A stretch of 63,983 nucleotides of DNA, filler included, from an uncultured bacterium (lineage in GTDB: Bacteria > CAYJRR01), in NCBI GenBank assembly GCA_964372275.1. It is 3 parts of 3 records of this genome, joined end to end, with 100 filler letters (N's around TTAATTAATTAA, not from the genome) between each part and the next. Parts side by side here need not be neighbours in the genome. Positions count along the whole stretch, not along the records: positions 51,523 to 63,983 come from CAYJRR010000131.1; 2 more parts are not named here. One strand, 5' to 3'. The position numbers were made by a program, and so were the translations under genes. The notes under the pieces are model-generated. The model searched no databases, was not told the DNA's origin, and was given only the letters and a program-made list of their open reading frames with translations. Shown piece after piece: positions 57,322-63,983 of this stretch (position 1 is its first letter; every line of letters begins with the position of its first letter).

Positions 57322-59082
57322 TCAGGCCCGTAGATCGGCGCGAACGCGCCCCACCACCCAGGCGACCGCGTCGTCGGGGGTGCGCCGTTCGACCTCGCCG
57401 GTGCGGCGGACCTTGGTCTCGACCATCCCCTCCTTCAGGTTCTTGTCGCCGACCACGACACGATAGGGGATCCCGACGAGGTCGGCGTCCTTGAACTTGA
57501 AGCCGGCGCGCTCGGCGCGGTCGTCGTAGAGCGCCTCGATCCCGGCCGCCACGAGCGCCTGGTAGATCGCCTCGGCCGTCTCCGCGACCTCCTTCACCTC
57601 CTGCGCCGCGGCGATCACCAGCGCCTGGAACGGCGCCAGCGGGGTCGGCCAGACGATGCCGTTTGCGTCGTGGTTCTGCTCGATCGCGGCGGCGGCGACG
57701 CGCGTCACGCCGATCCCGTAGCAGCCCATCTCGATCGGCTTCTCCTTGCCGCTCTCGTCCTTGATCGTCGCCTTCATCGCCGTGGAGTACTTGGTGCCGA
57801 GGTAGAAGACGTGGCCCACTTCGATCCCGCGGCGAATCGCGAAGGTGCCGCCGAGGGCCGGGCGCCCCGTCTCCTTGTCGGGGAAGGCGCATCGCGGGCA
57901 GCGGTCGCCGGCCTGCGCCATCCGCAGGTCGGCCCACTTCCCCACCTGGAAGTCGCGCCCGTGGTTGGCGCCGACGTAGTGCCGGTCGGCCTCGTTCGCC
58001 CCGGTGACGAAGTCGGCAAGGTTCTCCACCGCGCGGTCGGCGATCACCGTGACCCCTTGCGCGCCGATCGGACCGAGGAATCCGACCGGACCGATCGACG
58101 CCACGATGTCGGACTCCTTCGCCGGTTGGACCCAGGCGCTTCCGGTCGCCTTCTTGAGCTTCTCCTCGTTGAGATGGTGATCGCCGCGGACCAGCGCCAT
58201 CACCCGTCCCTTCTCGGTCTCGTAGACGAGCGTCTTGGCGCAACGCGACGGCGGAAGGTCGAGGAACGCCGCCACCTCGTCGATCGTCCGCTTCGCGGGT
58301 GTCGCGACCTTGGCGAGGGGTTTGACGCTCGCCGGGTCGATCTCGACCTTGCGGTCCTTGGCGATCTCCGCCTTCTCCAGGTTCGCCGCGTATTCGCACT
58401 TTTCGCAGGCGGCGATGGCGTCCTCGCCGCTCTCCGCGAGCACCTGGAACTCGTGCGACAGGCTGCCGCCGATCGCGCCCGTCGCCGCCTCCACCGGCCG
58501 GAATTCGAGGCCGCACCGGGCGAAGATCCGCTTGTAGGCGTCGTACATCGCCCGGTAGCTCTCGTGCGCCCCCTTCACGTCCCGGTCGAAGGAGTAGGCG
58601 TCCTTCATCAGGAACTCGCGGGCGCGCATCAGCCCGAAGCGCGGACGGATCTCGTCCCGGAACTTCCCCTGGATCTGGTACAGGTTCAGCGGGAGGTCGC
58701 GCCAGGAGCGGACGTCACGGCGCACCAGGTCGGTGATCACCTCCTCGTGCGTGGGACCGAGGCACAGCTCCCGATCGACGCGGTCCTTCAGGTGGGCGAG
58801 CAGACCCTCCTTCAAATAGACGTCCCAGCGTCCGGTCTCCTTCCAGAGCTCCGCCGGCTGCACCATCGGCAGCAGCACCTCGATCGCGCCGGCGCGGTTC
58901 ATCTCCTCGCGCACGATCGCCTCGATCTTGCGGACGACCCGCGGGCCCAGCGGGAGGAAGTCGTAAATCCCGCGGGTGACCAGCCGGATCATCCCGGCGC
59001 GGAGCATCAACTGGTGCGAGACGACCTCCGCGTCGGCGGGGGTCTCCTTGAGGGTGGGCAGGTAGTAGCGGGTCAGGCGCAT
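57322..59082 (-). CDS. proS: Proline--tRNA ligase with editing domain
   Basis: SHQLMLRAG, LGPTHEE, FRDEIRPRFGLMRAREF, GIEVGH, MGCYGIG. Confidence 0.98.
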   Translation of the reverse strand: MRLTRYYLPTLKETPADAEVVSHQLMLRAGMIRLVTRGIYDFLPLGPRVVRKIEAIVREEMNRAGAIEVLLPMVQPAELWKETGRWDVYLKEGLLAHLKDRVDRELCLGPTHEEVITDLVRRDVRSWRDLPLNLYQIQGKFRDEIRPRFGLMRAREFLMKDAYSFDRDVKGAHESYRAMYDAYKRIFARCGLEFRPVEAATGAIGGSLSHEFQVLAESGEDAIAACEKCEYAANLEKAEIAKDRKVEIDPASVKPLAKVATPAKRTIDEVAAFLDLPPSRCAKTLVYETEKGRVMALVRGDHHLNEEKLKKATGSAWVQPAKESDIVASIGPVGFLGPIGAQGVTVIADRAVENLADFVTGANEADRHYVGANHGRDFQVGKWADLRMAQAGDRCPRCAFPDKETGRPALGGTFAIRRGIEVGHVFYLGTKYSTAMKATIKDESGKEKPIEMGCYGIGVTRVAAAAIEQNHDANGIVWPTPLAPFQALVIAAAQEVKEVAETAEAIYQALVAAGIEALYDDRAERAGFKFKDADLVGIPYRVVVGDKNLKEGMVETKVRRTGEVERRTPDDAVAWVVGRVRADLRA

Positions 59083-59115
59083 GGCGCGCGCATCTTATAC
59101 GACCGGCCCGGCCGC

Positions 59116-60327
59116 TTACGGCACGACCTTGAGCGGCCGCTCGTCCGTCCCGCCGCCGGCCGCGCCGCCCCCGGCCGAGGCGATCTCGGCCGCGATGGCG
59201 CGTGCCATCTCCTCCTCGCTCACCGTCGACGCCATCCGCCGGCGCTCGGCGTCGGCGTCGTCCGCCAGGAGGAGGTCGATCTCGCGGTAGAGGGCCGCCT
59301 CGATCTCGTGGTTGCGGTAGCGGCCGACGACCTTGCCGTTGCGGTAGATCGCCGAGACGCCGTTGCCACCGGCGACGCCGATGTCGGCCTCCCTCGCCTC
59401 GCCGGGTCCGTTCACGGCGCAGCCGATCACCGCCACGTCGAAGGCGCGCTTCAGGTTCGGATAGCGCTGCGCCACGCGCCTCGCCATCCCCTCGACGTCG
59501 ACCGCCAGCCGCCCGCAGGTCGGACAGGCGATCACGTTCATCCCGTGCTTGCGCAGGCCCAGGAAGCGCAGGATCTCGAAACCGGCCTCGACCTCCTGCA
59601 CCGGTTCGCCGGTGAGGGAGACGCGGATCGTGTCGCCGATCCCGTCGAGCAGGAGCGATCCGATCGCCATCGCCGACTTGATCGAGCCCGGTCCGGAGAC
59701 CCCCGCCTCGGTCAGCCCCAGGTGAAGCGGGGCGTCGGTCTGCCGGGCGAGCAGGCGGTAGGCCTCGACCATCGTCCGCACGTGCGTCGACTTGACCGAA
59801 ATCTTGTAGTCGCGGAAGCCGTGCCGCTCGAGCACCTCGACGTGACGGAACGCCGCCTCGACCATCGACTCCGGGCAGGGCTCGCCGTACTTGTCGATCA
59901 GGTCGAGCGGCAGCGATCCCGAGTTCACCCCGATGCGGATCGGCACGCCGCGCGCCCTCGCCTCGTCGCACACCTTCCCCACCTTCGCCGGGTCGTCGAC
60001 GTTCCCGGGGTTCAGGCGGAGGGCGTCGATCCCCCCCTCGAGTGCCGCGAGCGCCAGCCGGTGGTTGAAGTGGATGTCGGCGATCAGCGGCACGTTCGTC
60101 CGGCGCCGGATCTCGGGGATCGCCCGCGCCGCCTCGTAGTCGGGGATCGTGATCCGCACCAGCTCGCAGCCGGCCTCCGCCAGCGCCGTCACCTGCCGCG
60201 CCGTCGACTCGACGTCGTGCGGATCGGTGGTGGTCATCGATTGCACGGTGATCGGCGCCCCATCGCCGATGGGGACGTCGCGGACGTGGATCCGGCGGCT
60301 CTTGCGGCGGGTGGGCGGAGGCAGCAT
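59116..60327 (-). CDS. ispG: HMBPP synthase (GcpE)
   Basis: VQSMT, ADIHF, RLNPGN, RIGVNSGS, GDTIRVSL, CPTCGR, GCAVNGPGE. Confidence 0.98.
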   Translation of the reverse strand: MLPPPTRRKSRRIHVRDVPIGDGAPITVQSMTTTDPHDVESTARQVTALAEAGCELVRITIPDYEAARAIPEIRRRTNVPLIADIHFNHRLALAALEGGIDALRLNPGNVDDPAKVGKVCDEARARGVPIRIGVNSGSLPLDLIDKYGEPCPESMVEAAFRHVEVLERHGFRDYKISVKSTHVRTMVEAYRLLARQTDAPLHLGLTEAGVSGPGSIKSAMAIGSLLLDGIGDTIRVSLTGEPVQEVEAGFEILRFLGLRKHGMNVIACPTCGRLAVDVEGMARRVAQRYPNLKRAFDVAVIGCAVNGPGEAREADIGVAGGNGVSAIYRNGKVVGRYRNHEIEAALYREIDLLLADDADAERRRMASTVSEEEMARAIAAEIASAGGGAAGGGTDERPLKVVP

Positions 60328-60396
60328 CGGCCCCGCGCAATCTAGAGAGCGTCCGGGAGGGGGTCAAGGACGGCGAGATCGGCTATCCTTCGCGCC

Positions 60397-60726
60397 ATGC
60401 CGGCCATCGATTGGTACTACCACCGCCAAGGTTGAACGAGCTGCGAACGCACCCGTGCGGTGCTCGACAAGAAGAAGGTCTCGGTGAAGGAGCAGCGGCT
60501 CGCCCGCAAGGCCCCGCTCACCGACGCCGAGGTGAGGGCGCTCCTGAAGGCGGTCGACGAGGTCGTCGTCTCCAAGGGGAAGGCGAGCCGGCGGCAGACG
60601 AGCGGCGAGACGGGACTCGACGAGCTGCGCGGTCCGACCGGCAACTTCCGCGCCCCGATGGTCCGCGTCGGTCGCACCCTGCTCGTCGGCTTCAACGAAA
60701 CGGCGCTCGCCGAGCACCTGCGATAA
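60397..60726 (+). CDS. ArsC/Spx-like thioredoxin-fold selenoprotein (UxxC; TGA at 60433-60435)
   Basis: MPAIDWYYHRQG-U-TSC...GPTGNFRAPMVRVGRTLLVGFN; hairpin after the UGA. Confidence 0.85.
60437..60466 (+). promoter_or_regulatory. Candidate bacterial SECIS element
   Basis: CGAGC...CGCA-CCCG-TGCG...GCTCG stem-loop directly 3' of the UGA. Confidence 0.55.
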
Positions 60727-60789
60727 CCGCCCGGCCGACCCGGTTGGACGCGCGAGGCCGATCACCTGCAGTCGCGGGTAGGGTGCTCG

Positions 60790-60825
60790 TAGCATGCTTG
60801 ATAGGTTCTATAGGCATGCTATCAT
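60790..60825 (+). promoter_or_regulatory. TA operon promoter with operator inverted repeat
   Basis: TAGCATGC-N16-GCATGCTA overlapping TTGATA-N16-TATCAT. Confidence 0.75.
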
Positions 60826-60831
60826 TTCGTC

Positions 60832-61062
60832 ATGGCGAACCTTCAGGTCAAGAATCTCCCCGAGGCCCTGCACCGGAAGCTGCGTCGCTTTGCACGCCAG
60901 GACGGGCGCCCGCTGCGCGACCTCGTCCTGGGCGCGTTGCTCCGGGAGATCGCCGATCGCGAGTTTCGGGAACGGCTGAAAACGCGCGAGCCGGTGGAGT
61001 TGCCGCGCGGCGCGGGCAGGAGTTTGGACGAAGCACGCGCGGAGCGCGAAAGGGAGCTCTAG
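60832..61062 (+). CDS. vapB: FitA-like ribbon-helix-helix antitoxin
   Basis: MANLQVKNLPEALHRKLRRFA...GR.L; precedes a PIN toxin. Confidence 0.85.
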   Translation: MANLQVKNLPEALHRKLRRFARQDGRPLRDLVLGALLREIADREFRERLKTREPVELPRGAGRSLDEARAEREREL

Positions 61063-61065
61063 CCC

Positions 61066-61461
61066 GTGAGATGGGTCGTCGACGCCTCGATCGCGGTCGA
61101 GGTGCTCCTTCGATCGAGGTTGGGCAAGGAGGCATGGAAGCTCGTCGAACGTGGCGAGCTCCTCGCTCCGGACCTGATTGACGCAGAGGTCCTGTCCGTC
61201 CTGCGCCGTGAGGTGATGACCGATCGCCTGGGGGAACGGCGCGCCAGGCAGGCGCTCGACGATCTGCAGGCGTGGGGTATTCGCCGAGTGCCGAATGCGT
61301 TGCTTCTCCGCGAGGCCTGGACGCACCGCCACAACGTCTCCGGATATGACGCGCTGTATCTCGCCGCGGCGCGCGTCGCCGATGCGACCGTGATCACCGC
61401 CGACGGTCCGCTGTCCCGAGCACCCGCCGTGGGTGTCCCGGTCCACAACCTGCGCCGATAG
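61066..61461 (+). CDS. vapC: VapC PIN-domain toxin
   Basis: VVDAS, APDLIDAEV, YDALYLA, ITADG. Confidence 0.92.
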   Translation: MRWVVDASIAVEVLLRSRLGKEAWKLVERGELLAPDLIDAEVLSVLRREVMTDRLGERRARQALDDLQAWGIRRVPNALLLREAWTHRHNVSGYDALYLAAARVADATVITADGPLSRAPAVGVPVHNLRR

Positions 61462-61549
61462 CGCGCCTCGGCCCGGCACTCGACCAACCTGGAGGATCCG
61501 CTCCGTGTGAGGAATCGGCTATCGGCTCGAGATCGACTAGGATGGAGCC

Positions 61550-62185
61550 ATGATGCCACTCAACCGGCTGACTCGATCGACGAGGGTGGTGCTGGCCTTG
61601 GGATGCTTCGGCGCGATCGTCGGGACGTCGCGCGACGCCGCCGCGGAGAAGGCGATCGTCAACACGGTCGAGGCCGACCTGCGGATCGATCCGACGGAGA
61701 AGTCGAAGTCGAAGATCAAGCTGCAGATCGGCACGATGGTCGAAGTGACCGACCACGATCCGGAAGGCAAGTGGGTGCGGGTGAAGGCCGAGATCCCCCG
61801 GGGCGAAGAGACGATGACGTTCGAAGGATGGCTGCCACGGAAGTTCGTCCGGCCGCGAGCCCGGGGACCGTTCTCGTGGGAAGCCGGCGGCGCGAAGGAG
61901 GCGGCCCCGGCCGCCACGCCGAGCGCGCCGACCGCGGCCGCCACACCGGCCGCTTCCGATGCCGCTACGACCCCGGCCGAAGGCGACGCCGACTGGGCGG
62001 ACGCCGAGGCCGATTCGACGGGCGCAGCCCCCTCCCCGGCGCCGGCCGCCACGAAGGGCGACGCGGCCGCGACGGACGGTGACGGAGCCGGCGCGACGCC
62101 CGCGCCGGCGGATGACGGCGACGGATGGGGAACCGATGACGGTGGAGACTCGTCCGACGGCGAAGGCGAAGACGACGGCTGGTAG
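61550..62185 (+). CDS. Secreted SH3-domain protein with acidic disordered tail
   Basis: Signal peptide; LRIDP...L.IGT.VEV...WVRV...EGWLP. Confidence 0.75.
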   Translation: MMPLNRLTRSTRVVLALGCFGAIVGTSRDAAAEKAIVNTVEADLRIDPTEKSKSKIKLQIGTMVEVTDHDPEGKWVRVKAEIPRGEETMTFEGWLPRKFVRPRARGPFSWEAGGAKEAAPAATPSAPTAAATPAASDAATTPAEGDADWADAEADSTGAAPSPAPAATKGDAAATDGDGAGATPAPADDGDGWGTDDGGDSSDGEGEDDGW

Positions 62186-62261
62186 CCCGGAGCGCCGAGG
62201 AACGAATTCCACGTCCATGCGGACGGTCAGGTCATCCGGCGGCGCTCGCCGGACGGCTACG

Positions 62262-63800
62262 TCAGAAGTAGCTGGCGAGGCCGAAGAGGACGGCGGCGCC
62301 GGGGGTCTCCAGATTGAACCGATCGCGCACGCTCTCGCGCCGGTAGTCGAGCTTGAGCACCGTCTCCGGGATCGGGCGGAAGCTTAGCCCGAGGGTGAGG
62401 CGGCCGTGGTCGTCGCCGTCGCGGTCGCGGTCGAAGTCGACCCGCTCCAGGCGCAGGGTGGCGGCGAACGAAGAGGTCGGCATCGTCCGGATCGCCCCGT
62501 CCAGGAATCGGTAACGCCCCTCCAGGAAAAAGCCGGACTGGCGGGAGGCGTTCACGTCCCGCATCGAGGCCGGGACGTCGACGAAGGTGTACGCCAGCTC
62601 GCCCGCGATCGCGAGCGGACCGCGCCGCGCTTCGCCGTCGACGGCGACGATGGCGAGGCTCCGGCGCTCGTCGATCGCGACCCCTTCGAGGCGGTAGACG
62701 TTGTAGGCACCGCGGTGCCCTGAGAAGCCGACGTCGACGTCGGGGATCGGGCTCAACCCGAGCCGGCCGACGAACGCCGGAGAGCCGTTCTCGTCCTCGA
62801 ACGTCCCCTTCCCCTCCGCGATGCGCGTGCCGTCCGGGCTTCCGAGCAAGACCCCCTCACCGAAGCCGTTGACCAGGTACAGCTCGTAGGTGAGACGCGC
62901 GTCCGGCAGCGGGAGCGACGGCGCGATGAGCGCCGACTCGACCGTCCCCCAGAACCCCATCCCCGCCTCCGAGAGCGTCGCCCCCAGAAGATCCGTCGAT
63001 ACCAGCGGGCGATCGACCAGATCGTTGGCCGGACTGTCGTGCGCGAGGTTGAAGCGCCCCAGCGGGGAGAGGATCACGCCTCCCCGGAAGGTCGCGGCCT
63101 CGTGGAGCTCGACGTCGACCACCGCCGTCTCGAGCGCGATCTCCTCCGCGCCGTCCTCGAGTTCGACCTCGGCCGCCACGCGCACGCGGTCGGAGACGGG
63201 GGTGAAGGTGAAGAGGTTGAAGCGCTTGGGAACGAACGTCGTCTCCTCGACCGCACCGTCGGCGCGCTCGTGGCGCAGCTGGACGTCGGCGTAGCCGCCC
63301 AGGCGCGTCCAACGGGTGACACCCGAAAGGTAGGGCTTGTCGTAGATCCCGCCGCGGACGAACGGCCGCGGGTTGGCGGAGGGCGCCGGGCTTGAGACCG
63401 GCGTCGAGCCGGCGGCGCGTGCGCCGGTGTCGTCGGAGGCGGGCGGGGGCTCGGACGACGCGCCGGAGGGCGCCGCGGCATCGGCCGGACTGGGCGGAAG
63501 TCCGAGGGCCTTGAACGCCTCGTCGACCACCGCGCGCGGAGGGGCCGGCACGGCAGATGCGCCGGATCCGGCGGCGGGCGGGGCCGCGGAAGGCGCCGAG
63601 TCCGCGGCCGCGGACGGAGTCGTTCCGGCGGCCGACGAGGAGGAGGCGGTTCCGGCCGATCCGGCGACGAGCGGGGCGGCGGGAGGGGGCGCGATGTCGG
63701 CCGGCGGCTTGCGCGGGCGCGCGTCCGCTCCGGACGAAAGCGATCCCATCGCGAAGAGGGAGGTGAGCAGCCATCCGCGCGCGACGATTCGGGCGTTCAA
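62262..63800 (-). CDS. Outer-membrane porin-like beta-barrel with Pro/Ala-rich N-terminal linker
   Basis: LGGY, RFNLF, EVELEDG, PLGRFNLAHD, LKLDY, terminal YF; TTG start overlaps the upstream stop. Confidence 0.8.
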   Translation of the reverse strand: MNARIVARGWLLTSLFAMGSLSSGADARPRKPPADIAPPPAAPLVAGSAGTASSSSAAGTTPSAAADSAPSAAPPAAGSGASAVPAPPRAVVDEAFKALGLPPSPADAAAPSGASSEPPPASDDTGARAAGSTPVSSPAPSANPRPFVRGGIYDKPYLSGVTRWTRLGGYADVQLRHERADGAVEETTFVPKRFNLFTFTPVSDRVRVAAEVELEDGAEEIALETAVVDVELHEAATFRGGVILSPLGRFNLAHDSPANDLVDRPLVSTDLLGATLSEAGMGFWGTVESALIAPSLPLPDARLTYELYLVNGFGEGVLLGSPDGTRIAEGKGTFEDENGSPAFVGRLGLSPIPDVDVGFSGHRGAYNVYRLEGVAIDERRSLAIVAVDGEARRGPLAIAGELAYTFVDVPASMRDVNASRQSGFFLEGRYRFLDGAIRTMPTSSFAATLRLERVDFDRDRDGDDHGRLTLGLSFRPIPETVLKLDYRRESVRDRFNLETPGAAVLFGLASYF

Positions 63801-63983
63801 CGAGGCACCTCCGGCGAAACGGCGATCACGATCTGCTCCCCCTCTTTCGTCACGTCGTACCGCGGCAACCCCTTCGGCGCCGGCCCGCGGACCACCTCCC
63901 CTTCGAGATCGAAGGTCGAACCGTGGCAGGGACAGCGGAGATAGCGCGCCCCCGGGCGCACCACGCACTGCTGGTGGGTGCAG
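63797..63983 (-). CDS. Rieske [2Fe-2S] protein, C-terminal part (runs off the window)
   Basis: Manual translation CTHQQC...CPCHGSTFD..G.V..GPA; absent from the ORF track. Confidence 0.92.
   Translation of the reverse strand, partial: CTHQQCVVRPGARYLRCPCHGSTFDLEGEVVRGPAPKGLPRYDVTKEGEQIVIAVSPEVPR

Noticed and set aside
60832..61461. vapBC as a novel defence system
   Set aside because: Standard type II RHH-PIN toxin-antitoxin pair with a typical operator.

Overview
Very GC-rich bacterial draft or MAG sequence, probably Myxococcota/deltaproteobacteria-like (Ser/Thr kinase with PEGA-like domains, FecR-type ECF system, many secreted proteins; this placement is inferred). It is three scaffolds joined artificially by N-padded TTAATTAATTAA linkers (25743-25754, 51467-51478), with two further N gaps. 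Most content is housekeeping: lepA 5' end, msrA, xseB-ispA-dxs, peptidases, MoxR/VWA, rho, thiolase, asnS, PhoH, an amino-acid ABC transporter, HU, glnA, the Thr-Tyr-Gly-Thr tRNA/tuf operon, rlmB, pyrF, proS, ispG and vapBC. The most interesting signals are not in the ORF track: (i) a UxxC ArsC-like selenoprotein with a SECIS-like hairpin; (ii) a ~1.1-kb cassette bounded by CACGGAGA-type inverted repeats, carrying a GxxExxY nuclease gene and a deleted TIR-like remnant; (iii) two homologous palindromic GAAAATG-heptad elements that supply the stop codons of host genes; (iv) complementary ~46-nt repeats in the 5' and 3' flanks of glnA; (v) frequent leaderless-type -10 boxes; (vi) an in-frame TAG in dxs, a poly-G frameshift in a TonB receptor, and an abrupt AT-rich GTGCG junction in lepA. 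The last three may be assembly errors.
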